Shown: positions 13,760-27,296 of the stretch, piece after piece
Layout: each line of letters opens with the position of its first letter
Position numbering within the stretch: position 1 is the stretch's first letter
NCBI RefSeq assembly: GCF_009914755.1
Contig: NC_060945.1
From: the human T2T-CHM13v2.0 reference genome, Homo sapiens
Reading direction: 5' to 3' (one strand)
DNA length: 64,000 nucleotides
Translations under genes and position numbers: made by a program
The notes under the pieces: generated by a model
The model's input: only the letters and a program-made list of their open reading frames with translations
What the model was told of the DNA's origin: nothing
Databases searched by the model: none

Positions 13760-13948
13760 CAGGAGTCTGCAAAGGATAGCCCACTGCCAAAATCTGGCCC
13801 ACTCTCCAGTTTTTGTAACTAAAATGTTATCAGAACTCAGCTAAGTCCATTCATTTACAAACTGTCTATGGTGGCAGAGACAATATGGCTCACAAAATCT
13901 AAAATATTTACTCTCTGGCTCTTTATAGAAGAAATTTGCTGACCCCTT
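13760..13948. mobile_element. MER58A hAT-Charlie MITE
   Basis: caggagtctgcaaa...aaaatatttactctctggctctttatagaagaaatttgctgacccct; 8-bp TSD acctaaat/gtctaaat. Confidence 0.85.
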
Positions 13949-14308
13949 GTCTAAATTATAGCAAGTATGAAATCCTCTGTCATCAGCAATGGCATAGAAG
14001 GCAGCATAGGAATTTTTAAATTTGCCCTTGAATTATATCATAAGCCTTATGTTTGAGGTCGTATTTTTGCAAAGTGCTGAGCACCCCTGTCCTACAATGA
14101 GGAGGGCCCACTTTCCTTTCTCAATTGGTCTGTCTTATAACATTTAGGAAGAGACTCACAGTCTCTCTGTGGCCTTGTATTCTTGGCTAATATCCTGTTT
14201 TTTTCTTCCTAGAGTACTCTCTACTCTGTCTTAGAGTTTCCAACTGTTTATCTGAAGTAGTGGTGTCAGCCTCTGCAATGCTTTCTGTTCTACAGGGTGT
14301 AGGGTCTT

Positions 14309-14601
14309 TCTTTTTTTTTTGAGACAGGGTTTCACTTCCTTGCCCATGCTGGAACACAGTGGCATGATAATGGCTCACTGCAGCCTTGACCTCCTAGTCC
14401 CAAACTAATCATCCCAACAGCCTCCCAAGTAGCTGGGACTACAGGTACACACCATCATGCCTGGCTAACTTTTGAACTGTTTTGTAGAAAAGGTTTCCCC
14501 ATTTTGCCTAGGCTGGTCATGAACTCCTGGCCTCAAGCCATCCAACCCACCTCAGCCTTCCAAAGCACTGAGATCACGGGCATGAGCCACAGTGCCCAGT
14601 C
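14309..14601 (-). mobile_element. AluJ
   Basis: cactgcagccttgacctcc and ctggcctcaagccatcc are J-type; TSD GTGTAGGGTCTT on both sides. Confidence 0.9.
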
Positions 14602-17487
14602 GAGTGTAGGGTCTTGATCCTCTGGTCTGTCCCACCTTGTCTTCTTTTGCTACAAGTAATTAGACAAAGTTCTAAGGTACAACAGGGATGCTGAGTCTAG
14701 TTTGTTTAAAGATATTATTCAGTTCCTATGAAAAGATCCATGAGTGTGTACGTTGGTTTTTAGTACAGCCTTGACAAGTTAATCCAGTAGAGAAACCTGC
14801 ATGCAAATGTGATTTCTGATTATAGCCTTGGCTACTTATGCAGTTTTTGGTGTTACTGAGTTTTTTTAAACAACTTTCCAATTTCACAGGCTTACCCAAG
14901 GGTATGATCAATGAAAACCACAGCTTCTTTGTTAGTTGTAAAGGACTCAGAAGTCAGTGACGGCTGTTATTGACTCACTCATAAACAGCACATTAAGGAA
15001 AAGGAAGTTGAACAGTCATCTACAGTTGTAAAAGGAGCACAAATAGTCTCTGTTTAACTTTTTTTTCTTTTTATATGTGGCCCGTCTAACAATTCTATCA
15101 TGATCATCATCAATCATTATCATCCTCCTCAACAAAGCTCTAATTTTATTTAGTTTCAGAAAAATTTAAGCTGATGGCAGTTCAATCCCTTTGAATATCT
15201 GTGATTGAGATATTGTTCTTTAATTGTGAAGCCTCCTTTAGATTAATATTAATAAAATATTTATATAAATTTTGATGATTTTATAAATGTAGTCTTGACA
15301 GAATGATATGATCTCAATCACAGAATAGTATTTGTGAGAAACCAATGCTACCTCATTCGGTAACTTGAACTTATATAGTTATTGGCTGTTTAGTTTTTCT
15401 TCTTCATGATAAAACAAAACATAGTAATCAGATTTACAAACCTAGTAATCAGATTACGAGATTATTCAACTCAAATATATACAATATAATTGTACTACAA
15501 GAGCTGTTTGTACAAACATTTTCACTAACATCACCAGAATTGAGAAATATGTATAGTAATGTATATTTTTTATTAGATAGTTTAATTCCAGCCAAGTATC
15601 AAGCCATTTCCATAATCTGACATACTAGCTAAGGAAAAATAATGAGGCCACTCAAAAGTCTCTTTTTCTAGTTGTCTCAGTAGCTTCGATGTGATAAGCA
15701 TGAAAAAACATGAATTGCTAAACCAAATTTTAAAAAAATTTCTGAAACTATATAACACTTCTGAGAGGGCTGCAGATTTGTTAGTAGGTTGTTTTTCAGT
15801 CTGAAAAAAATGATTAAATATTTCTGCTGGAATGGAACATTTCAGTCATAACAAAATATAAACTCTAAGGAAGCTAATACTAGTATTGTTTGTTAAATCC
15901 TTTTGTATTCTTTGCTTTTCATGGAGGGAGAGAGTTAAGTTACAAGGGAATGGTGAACCACAACAAATGAAAAGTTGTGAGTAGTGTACCTTTGCATTGC
16001 TGTATTTCAAAAGGTTTGCCAAAAAAAAAAAAAAACGAAAAAGAATGTCAATTATTTTTCTCTAAAATTGTGCCTAATTATGTTATATGATATTAAATTA
16101 ACTGTTTAAAGAGAATACATAGTATGCAAAATACTTCACACTTCACACATATCATTTTTAATTGAATTGTTAAAAAAATAAGCACAATTGCCTCTGTTTC
16201 ACCAATGATTAAATTAAGATGACCATAATCTATGGAAGCTGCCCAAAGAAAAACAGTAATGGAGTCAGATATAAATGAATCAGACTCCAAATCCCAATCA
16301 CTTTTTCATAAAGTGTTTAGTAAGTATTTTTATCTAAAATATAAGTGTGTGGCTATAAAAACACCAATTATATAATAATTTGATTCTTGTTTCTATTTAT
16401 TTGAAGCCTAATTAGTGTATTTCCACAATATATAACATAATGCTAAAAAAGAAATTTGGTATTTTCAGTTTCCTTTAAATTTTCTGAACTGATTTTATTT
16501 TATAAATGATTTGCATTTACCAGAATGTTATAAACTCAGTAATTATGTTTTGGTTCAGTGTTTTTTACCTGCCATCTACATTACATAAAAATCATTTCTG
16601 TAAAAGGAAGCAGATTTTAATGAGCAAGCTACACAGAAATTTTCATCTCACACTTAACAATGGATATTATTGTTCTTATAATTTGCACTTCTCAGTCATA
16701 AGACATCCCTCTGTGGTTGTCATAATTGGTCTAATGAATTTCTTAAAATAAATGAAAGTCTAATTTGATCCGGTGCCCATGAACAATCCACTCATTCAAA
16801 TCTAAATCACTGACCTGATTTGAAGACGAATCATGCCAAAATGAAGTCATGCTTTCCTATTAAGTGTGTTGCCTCAGTGCAAGCTTTTGAATGGCTTGTT
16901 CTTAAGGTTTGAAGTGGGGATTTCCAGTGACAAAGAAACACAATTTGATCTCATAACCCTAGACACCCAGACTTATTTTAAATGATAGAGACTTAAGATT
17001 GAGAGAAAATCTGAGTCATCATCCAGTTCAGTATTTTTCACTTAGTGGGAAATGTACTGGTCACCTTGGGTTTGAACAGTTTAGCAACATTGCAGGATCT
17101 TCTACAGATGCATACATAAGCATTTGAACAAATTCTGTAGGTAGGCAAAGATCATTGCAGCCGAATGTCTAATGATCTTTATCGCAGAGTTATCTATCCA
17201 ATGTTCCAGGGTAAATGTTCTATTATTAACATTCCTGAGGAAATACATTCATGGATATATATGTTTATTATATTATTTAACTACTATTTCAAATCTATAT
17301 CAAGACTGGTCTTAACATTTCTAAAATAGGTAACTATATCAACATCATAAAAAATGCTGCCACATTTTTTTCGAGAAAGAAATACTCTCTATACATATTG
17401 TTAAACCTTTCTGCATTAGAACTAAAGACCGTGAAAAGAAGAACAGTTTTTATTGTGTTAAGACACTGATTGCTGGTTAGGAAAGAA

Positions 17488-17490
<3 letters not shown>

Positions 17491-17525
<35 letters not shown>

Positions 17526-17544
17526 AGAGAGACAGAGAGAGAGA
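17491..17544. repeat. (GT)17 followed by a (GA)n tract
   Basis: Read directly. Confidence 0.95.
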
Positions 17545-17777
17545 AAAGCAGGGGAAGCTTGTAATGCATAATCAAATACTAAGGTTATGAGAGATTTATC
17601 CCAGATTATCTATAATTTTCATTGGTCCCTGAATGGTGGAGGAAAGGTAAAAATATCTTTAATTCCAGATTTCATCTTTGGCCACCAACAAAGGGGCATC
17701 ACTTAATCCTATTGGTTTTAAATACCAATGAACTAGTGTAAAAGATAAGGATTCGTAAATTATTTCACTCATTCATT

Positions 17778-18107
17778 GAACTAGAAAATGAACTAGAAAA
17801 GAAAATTGAAAAGAGAATGCAGAATGGCACTTACTCAAATAGTTTTGATGATTTCTGCTTCACTGGCTGATTTTGTAGTGGGTGGCTGGAAATTACAGTG
17901 GGATCTTTAAATAAGTTTAGAGTCATATCTCTGACTTACCCTGAGTAATTTTTGACCCAGTAAAGCTGTTTTTTTTTGGTAGGCTTAAAAATTCCACTGA
18001 GATTCTTCAGTCACCCACTCAACCACTTCCAAATGAATCTGAAAAACAGAAATCATCAAAACTAGTAGAATAAATGCTGCTCTGTTTTAAATTTTCTTTT
18101 CCAGTTC
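17778..18107. repeat. Degenerate fold-back (long inverted repeat) element, family unassigned
   Basis: Arms ~17790-17910 and ~17985-18107; perfect 18-bp core tagttttgatgatttctg (17840) / cagaaatcatcaaaacta (18047); flanking direct repeat tcattcatt/tcattcact. Confidence 0.8.
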
Positions 18108-18147
18108 TCATTCACTGAGATGAGAGTAAACATTGAATAAAACTTCA

Positions 18148-19740
18148 TGTTAAAATGTCCATACTATCTAAAACAGGGTATAGATTCAATAACATCCCTA
18201 TGAAAATCCCAATGGCAAGTTTTTACAAAAATTGAAAACAATTATAAAATTCATATGGAACCACAAATGACCCTGAGTAACCATAGCAATCTTGTGAAAG
18301 AAGAACAAAGATGAAGGCATAACACTAGCGGGTTTCAAAATACATTACAAAGCTACAATAATTAAAACAGCATAATAGTAGCATAAAGCAGACAGATACA
18401 CCAATGAAATAGAATAGAGAGTACATAAATAAATCCATACATATATTGTCATGTACTGTCACATGTACTTGAATTTTGACAAGTGGAACAAAAATACAAA
18501 ATGGGAAACAGATAATCTCTTCAACACATGGTATTGGAAAAACTGAATAACCTCATGCAAACAATGAAATTGGATCCTTATCTTACACTATACAAAAAAC
18601 ATCAACTCCACATGGATTAAATTTTGTAATGTAAGACCTGAAACTGTAAAACTCCTAGAAAAAATATAGAAAAAACGCTTTATGATATTGGTGTTGGCAA
18701 TGATTTCTTGAATGTAATAGCAAAAGCACAGGCAACCAAAACAAACATAGACAAGCAGAACTACATTAAAATAAAAAGCTTGTGCACAGCAAAGGAATCA
18801 ATCAACAGAGTGACAAGGCAACATATGAACTCAGGGAAAATGTATGTTTTTCCAAACCATGTATCTGTTAGATGTTAATATGTAAAATATATGAACTACA
18901 ATGCAATAATTTAAAAAAAGCAGATTAAGCCATAGGCAAAGGACTTGAATAGACATTTAGCCAAAAAAAAACCATACAAATAGCCAACAGGTATATGAAA
19001 AATATGATAATCATCATCACTAATCAGCAGGGCAATGAAAATCAAAACCACAATATTTTCACCTCAAAACTGTTGAGATGGCTATTATTTTTAAAAAATG
19101 CATTGATAAGGATATAGAGAAGTTGGAACATTTCTGTACTGTTGGTGGGAATATAAAATGGTGCAACTGCTGCAGAAAACATTAAGAAGGTCTCTCAAAA
19201 AAATAAAAATAGAACTACCATGTGATCCAGCATTCCCAGTTTGGGGTATATATAATAATTAAAACCAAGATCTTGAATAAGTATCTCCACTCCCCTGTTC
19301 ACTGTAGCATTATTCACATGAGCCAAGATATAAAAACAACCTAAATCTCCATCAATAGATAAATGGATAAAGAAAATGTGTCTGTATGTGCAATGGAATA
19401 TTATACAGACTTACAAAAAAAGAAATCCTGTTATAGGTGACAAAATGGATTAACCTGAAGGACACTATGCTAAGTGAAACAAGCCAGTCACAGAAGGACA
19501 AATGCTGCTTGACTCCATTTATACGAAATATCTAAAATCATCAAACTCAGAAACAGAGCAGAATAGTGGTTATCAAGGACTGTGGAGAAAGGAAATGAGA
19601 GGTTGCTACTTAATGTGTACCAAGTTTCAATTATGCAAGATAAATAAGACCTAGAGATCTACTGCATAACATCGTGCCTATAGTTAACAATACTATACTA
19701 TGCATTCGAAAAGTTGACAGTATGTCTTAACACAATATAG
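18148..19740 (+). mobile_element. 5'-truncated L1 (L1MA9-L1MB type), ORF2 end plus 3' UTR
   Basis: ttaaaatgtccatactatc...aaaattcatatggaaccacaa; 3' UTR ctagagatctactgcataacatcgtgcctatagttaacaatact. Confidence 0.9.
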
Positions 19741-19791
19741 ACAAACAAAATATTTTCTTTGGCAGATTCACATTTTATTATTTGATTTTAA

Positions 19792-20160
<369 letters not shown>

Positions 20161-20417
20161 AAAATCTTTCTTAATAGAGACAGAAAGATGCTGTGTAACA
20201 TCCATTGATTATTCCTAATAGGTAAATTAATGACTTTTAAAAATGATTTACACTATTTAAGCAGTAAAAATACTGGCCAAAATTTTTATAATTTTGCATA
20301 CTTTTTTCTTTTTAATTCAATAAGTATTTAAAATTAGCTTCTGCATGTAGAAACAAAACACAATTATTCTTAAAAACAATCATCTAACAAGCAAATCTCC
20401 ATTTTTATTTAAATTAA

Positions 20418-20782
<365 letters not shown>

Positions 20783-22581
20783 TACAATTCTTTAGCCATA
20801 TAGTGAAACCTTAATAAATGTTCAGGTTTCTTTCCAACAAATCAACAAATACAAGTATAAAGGCATTCAAGAAATATAGCTCATCATGTACATTGACTTC
20901 AATCACTTCATTTTTATGAAGCAAAGTTAACCTAGCTAACTAGTCTTTTATATACCATGAATACTTAATATTAATTATTCAAAGATATTTCATTTAAATC
21001 ACTGTTAACAAATTGAGATTAAGTCAGGCTGTCCATTTTAAAAACAGTAACTGCTGTAATAAAATATTAATCTGAGTTGGAGACTCCAAGAGGACAAAGA
21101 ACATTAGAATATATACAAGTGATTTAAAAGTAACAAGCATGCATTTGTTCCTCAGCACATCTGTACTTTGAAGCTTCTACTCAGTATTGTGTGGAACTAA
21201 AACATGCTTTCCACTTATAAATGGAATAGGAGACCTGACACAATCCTTATACACGTTTTAGCCTGGAAATGTGCTAGTTTCATGTTTTCCATTTCCTCTG
21301 ACCTTTTCCCTTCCATCAGAACTATAAATGGTGAACAGTATGCTTATTTGTATTTGTTTTACTGTTTGAGGCTTTTTGATTTTCAAGGAAACTCATTTTG
21401 TGCATAACTTTTTAAGGCAAAATTAAGGAATATGTTTTGATGAGACAAGGAAGGTATAATTAAATAAATGAGTTTAATTAAGGGATTTTAGGATTTCAAA
21501 ATCAAGAAGAGAAGAAAGTAGGAGAACATAAAAATAATAAATAAATCAGCAAATAAAAATTCCCAGACACTTCTTTGAGAGTGTTTACATATTTCAGTGA
21601 AAGTAGGTAAAATATAAATATAGTATTTAGAAAAATTAATATATTTATGCAAGTAAATAAAAACCAATTTATTTTTAAACATTTCAAGATAAGGAAAGCA
21701 CAATATACAGAATTTCAAGTTATTTAGCGACAATAACTGCAATTATTTAGAGACAATAACAATGCAAGTTATTTAGAGAGATTTTCAACCCAATAGCAAG
21801 ACATTATGTTAATATCTGTTTGGGAAGTACATTTTCAGAAGACTATTAAAATAATATTACTAGAATTTTGCTATAAATGACAACACTAAATAAGAAAATT
21901 GAAAGTAATTTGTGTTAATTAGCTCTATAATATCCATTCAATGATATGTATAATTTCAAATAATAATGAAATAACATTATACTATAGTGTTATATAAAAA
22001 CATAAGGTTTTCTAATATATAGCATTCAACTCATGGGGGTGTGGGGAGGTGAGGTGAAGCAAATTTCAGAACAATGTGTGCTAAGTGCAAACATTTGTGT
22101 AAAAAGCTTCTGTTACATGTATAGAGTTTCTCTGGAAGAATTTATAAGTGCATATAACACATATTCAAACCTACAAACACAGAGCTGTTTCTATTGGTTG
22201 ATTCCTTGGTTGGCTGGAGGAGAAAGGTAAAAGAATTTTGATTTTTACTTTGTATTCTCTTATGGTCTTTTACTTTTCTTCTCAATGCACATATTACCAT
22301 TTAAAAAAATAGATTAAATTTTAATAATGTTGCTACCAACATACTTGTGTTTATTTCACTGTCAAAATTGTGAATAAATTTTCAAAAACTTAGCTTATAT
22401 TTTATAATTATAGCAAACTACATATTATTAATAGTTTTACAGAACAAAAATTTCAAAAATATATTAATTTCTATAAATTATATCCTCTAATATTAATTAG
22501 AAGAGCTATCTGATCAAAACACATCAGGTGATTTGTGGGGAGACAAATATATTTGCAAAATACAGCATCCTCATTAAACTG

Positions 22582-22978
22582 TGTATTAGGCCATTCTTCC
22601 ATGCTGTAAAGAAACATCTGAGAATGGGTAGTTTATAAGAAAGGAGGTTGTATTGACTCACAGTTCTGCAGGTTGTACAGGCAGCATACTGGCATCTGCT
22701 TCTGGGAAGGCCTCAGGAAGCTTCCAAACATGGCGGAAGGTAAAGGGAGAGCTGGCACATCACATGGTAAAAGCAGGAGCAAGAAAGAGAGTGAGCAGAG
22801 GAGGTGCCACACACTTTTGAAGGACTAGATCCCATGAGAACTCACTATCATGAAGTAAGTACCAAGTCATGAGAGATCTGCCTCCATGATCCAAACACCT
22901 CCCACAAGACCTCACCCCAGCATTGGGGATTACAATTCAACATGATATTTGGGGGATATCATTCTGAAAAGTACATCA
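22582..22978 (-). mobile_element. MSTA-like MaLR LTR
   Basis: tgtattaggccattctt...ggcctcaggaagcttcca...cattggggattacaattcaacatga. Confidence 0.9.
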
Positions 22979-23375
22979 TTCTGCTCTGGCCCTCGCAAAT
23001 CTCATGCCCTTTTGACATTTCAAAATGGTATCATGCCTTCCCAACAGTCCCCTAAATTCTTAACTGTTTCCAGCATTGACTCAAAAGTCCCAAGTCCTGT
23101 CTGAGACAAGGCAAGTCCCTTCCATCTATGATCCTGTAAAATAAAAAACAGGTTATTTACTTCCAAGATACAATGGAGGTATAGGAATTGGGTAAGCATT
23201 CCTGTTCAAAAAGGGAGAAATTGATCAAAAGAAAGAAGATACAGGCCCCAAGCAAGTTTGAATCCCAGCAAGGCAGTCATTAAAACTTAAAGCTCCAAAA
23301 TAATCTCTTTTGATTTCGTGTCCGACATCCAAGGCATACTGGTACAAGGAGTGGACTCCCAAGGCCTTGGGCAAC
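22979..23375 (-). mobile_element. MST internal sequence (3' part, truncated)
   Basis: ctgagacaaggcaagtcccttcc...cttccaagatacaatgg...ctcccaaggccttgggca, contiguous with the LTR. Confidence 0.85.
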
Positions 23376-23446
23376 GTGATTTCTTAGTTATAGTTAAAAA
23401 TGGATTATGGATATTTACAAAGCTAACTCACATCTCCTTGTCTGAC

Positions 23447-23643
23447 TCACTCTTTCTTCTTTCCTTCCCTCCCTCCCTCCCCCTTCCTTCCTTCCTTCCT
23501 TTCTTTTCTTTCTTTTCCTTTTTCTTTCTTTCTCTTTCTTCTTTCTTTCTTTCCTTTATTTATTTATTTCTTCTTTCCTTCCTTCCTTCCTTTTTTTCTT
23601 CCTTTCTTGCTTGCTTGCTTGCTTTCTCTTTCTTTTCTTTCTT
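23447..23643. repeat. ~200-bp polypyrimidine low-complexity tract (CCTT/CTTT/CTTG)
   Basis: Read directly. Confidence 0.9.
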
Positions 23644-23702
23644 ATAATGGCTGATCAGTAATTCATTTTTAGAGAAATATGAGTTGATGTATGGATTTTT
23701 AA

Positions 23703-23960
23703 AATTCATTGATCAGTCAATAAGCAAATACTTTGCTATCAACTGTGACATGCTAAGCATATTAGGTGAATAGTACAAAATGTTGAGCAAGATGCCCTTG
23801 GTCCCTTCCTTCGAGAGATTACATTCCCATAGGAGGGTGGTAAATTCAGAAATACATCAATATAAATAGAGTATATAGGTAGGAATCTAGATAGTGTGAT
23901 ACATGTTCTCATAGTTTACAGAAACACAAAAAAAATATCTGTAACCTGGATATAAGTGAC
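23703..23960 (-). mobile_element. L2 3' region
   Basis: attcattgatcagtcaataagcaaatac...tggtcccttccttc. Confidence 0.45.
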
Positions 23961-24134
23961 AAAGAAAGGAAGACTGCCTATGCCGAAGGATTCTTGTATA
24001 CCATTCTAGGCCTGCTTCACGGCTTTTTTCTGTCCACCCTTCACAAGGCCAGGGAAACTTTGTTCACCATCATGGGATATGGTTGAGGTATCAAGTGCCT
24101 CTAAGAAGGACCACATTATCCCCAAATTTTAGAA

Positions 24135-26420
24135 GGGTCTTCTGTTGAAAAGACTTCTTTCTCCAGTACATTGTCTGGGCAAACTTTTTTATATATATAT
24201 ATATATTATATATATATATATATATAATCTATCTTTGTGCCAATCCTACAATGCCTTGATTAATGTAGTTTTACAGTAAATTTCAAATCAGGAAGTCAGG
24301 GTCTTCCAACTTCAATCTTTTTCAAGATGATTTTGGCCATTCTTGGTCCCTTACATTCCTTTTGAATTTAAATATCACCTTGTCAATTTTGAAAAAGGAA
24401 ACTTGGATTTTGACAGAGAATGTACTGAATCTGTAGATTATTTTGAAAATTTTACCATTTTAATAATATTAATTTTCTTACACATAACCATCAGGTGGCT
24501 TATCTTTTATTTAGTTTCTTTCAACAACAGTTTTTAGTTTTTAGTGTACATGACTTTGATTCTTTTGTTAAATTTATTCCTAAGTGATTTTAAATTGTAG
24601 ATGTTATTTTAAATGGAGTTGTTTTCTTAATTTTTGAATTTTTCATTGAAAGTGTATAGAAATACAGCTGCTTTTGGGGTAGTCATCTCATATCTGGCAG
24701 TCTTACTGAATTCATTTCTTAGATTTAAGAGGTTTTTATGCAGATTCATTAGAATTTTCCATGTCCAAGATTATGTCATCTGCTAATAGAGATAGTTGTA
24801 TTTTTTCTTTTCCAATCTGGATGACTTTTATTTCTTTTCCTTGCCAAATTGTCTGGGCCAGATCCTTCAGTACAATGTTGCGCAGTCACTGTGAGAATAT
24901 CCATCTGTCCTGAACTTGGGGGTAAATCATTCAGTCTTCACTATTAAGTATAATGTTGGCTTGGGGCTTTTGTAAATAACATTTGTTTGGTTGAGCTAGT
25001 TTCCTTCTATAACTAGCTTCCTGGGTCTTTTTTTTTTACTTTTTTGTTTTAAATAGTGTGTGATTTTGTCAAATGCTTTTTCTGTATCTATCATGTATTC
25101 TTTTGTCCTTTATTGTATCGAGATGGTATTTTACCCTGACTTATTTTTGAATGTTAAAACAAGCTTGTATTCCCGGGACAGATCCTTGTTCATGGAAAAT
25201 AATCAGTTCTTTTCTATATATTGCTGGATGTAGTTTGCTAATATTTTGTTTAGAAATCTTGCATTTATATTCATAAGGTATTTTAGTGTGTAGTTTATTT
25301 TCCTATGATGGCTTTGTTTGGTTTTGGTATTAAGGTAATTTTGGCCTCACAGAATAAGTTGTGAAGTGCTTGTTCTACCTTTTAATTTAATTTTATTTTT
25401 GAACAGTTTGTGAAGGATTGATATTACAATTTCATAGACATTTGGTAGAACTCACCAATGAAGCCTTCTGGGCTTGGACTACCCTTTGTGAAAATAATTT
25501 TATTACAAATACAATTTCTTTAATTGTTATTGGTTTATTTAGATTTTGTATTTATTCTTGAGTCATTTAAATTAGATTATGTCTTTGAGGAGTTAATTTC
25601 ATCTAGGTTATATAATTTGTGGACATACACCATTTTTAGGTACCTGAAAATTCGTTAGTGCTGCTATTCCTCTTCATTCTGATTTTGGCAATTTGAGTCT
25701 TTGTTCTTTGTTTTCCTATTTCATCTATCTAAAGTTTTGTCATTATTTGTTGACCTACTTAAAGAATTACACATCTTTTATTTCACTGGTTTTCTCTATA
25801 ACTTTTCTAATCTTTATTTTATTTATTTCTACTCTAATTTTTATTATCTCCTTCCTTCTGCTTTTTTGACTAGAATTTGCTCTTTTTCTAGTTTCTGAAG
25901 ATAGTCATATTATTGATTTGGATTTTTAAAAATATGGACATTGGCAGTTATACTTTTTCCTCTAAGTACTATTTTATCTTTATCCTCTAAGTTTTGGTAT
26001 GTTTTGTTTCTATTTTTTTAATCTCACAATATTTTCCCATTTTTCTTTAACTTATTCTTCGATTCATTTGTTATTTAGGGAGTTTATTAATTTTCACATA
26101 TTTGGGATTTTTCCAAATTTCCTTCTGTAATTGATTTCAAATTTCATCCCATTTGGGCCAAAGAACATACATTGTATGATCTCAGTCATTTACATTTATT
26201 GTGCCTTGTTTTGTAAGCCAATGGATAGTCTAAGAATGTTCCAGGTATGGTTGTTCCATGGGTGTCTTTTAGTTATTGTTTGTTTTTAAGATTGATCCTT
26301 GTAATCTTCTGCTTAGTTGTTCCATCTACAACTGAGAGTGAGGTACTGAAACCTCCAACTATTGTTGTCAAATTGTTTATTTCTCTATCATTTCTGTGTA
26401 TTTTTGCTTTATGTTTTTTA
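24135..26420 (-). mobile_element. Old L1M ORF2 fragment (resumes at ~30085-30400 after a nested L1MA)
   Basis: tctgctaatagagatagtt...ccaatctggatgac; aaacctccaactattgttg; (TA)n at 24190-24226. Confidence 0.85.
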
Positions 26421-27112
26421 ACTTATTTTTTATTTTTTGATTTTTTTGATACACAATAGGGTATTTATACACATTTAGAGTAAACAATAGTCACTCTCCT
26501 TATCTCTCAAAGAGTAGATCTTATTTCTTCTACCAAACTAAGTATTTGTACCCACTAATCAACCTCTCTTTGTTACTCTTCACCCTCTATCTTTCCTGGC
26601 CTCTGGTAAACCACCAATCTACTCTCTATCTTCATGAGATCCACTTTTTTAGCTCCCATTTATGAGTGCGAACATATGACATTTGTCTCTGTGTCTGGCT
26701 GATTTCACTTAACGTAATGACCTCCATTTCTGTCCATGTTGCTGCAAATGGCAGGATTTTATTCTTTTTTAAGATTGAATAATATTTTATTGAGTGTATA
26801 TACCACATTGTCTTTATTCTTTCATCTTTTTATGGGTGATTAGATTGATTCCCTATCTTGGCTATTGCAAATAGTACTGCAATAGACATGAGAGCACAGA
26901 TATGTCTCTGATGTATTGATTTCCTTTATTTTAGATACATAGTCAGCAGTGAAATTGCTGGTTCTTGACCCTAACTTGGATTTAAATAATGTAAAAGAAA
27001 TCTTATTTTTATCTTATAATTGGCACTTATTATCAAGTGCTGATGAAAATATTTTCATTTCAGGTGATATTAAATTCTACTCCAATGCAAAAGATAAAGG
27101 AATGGTATCAAT

Positions 27113-27296
27113 GAAAATGGTGGAGTGAGGGCATCAGCAAATTACTTCCTCCATAAAGGCAATTTTAAAAACTGGCAAAAATAATCAGGGTCAACATTTT
27201 TAGAACTTGAAAAATTAGCCAAATGCTTTGAGGAATCCACAAAGTGTTTATTCAAAAAACAAACAAAAAAGGTGGAAGTTTGGTAAGAACTGTAAG
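27113..27296 (+). mobile_element. Ancient L1 5'-end fragment (L1M 5' UTR type) inside a 332-bp insert
   Basis: aaaatggtggagtgagg...cctccataaa...actggcaaaaat...gtttattcaa...ggtaagaac resembles old L1M 5' ends. Confidence 0.55.
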
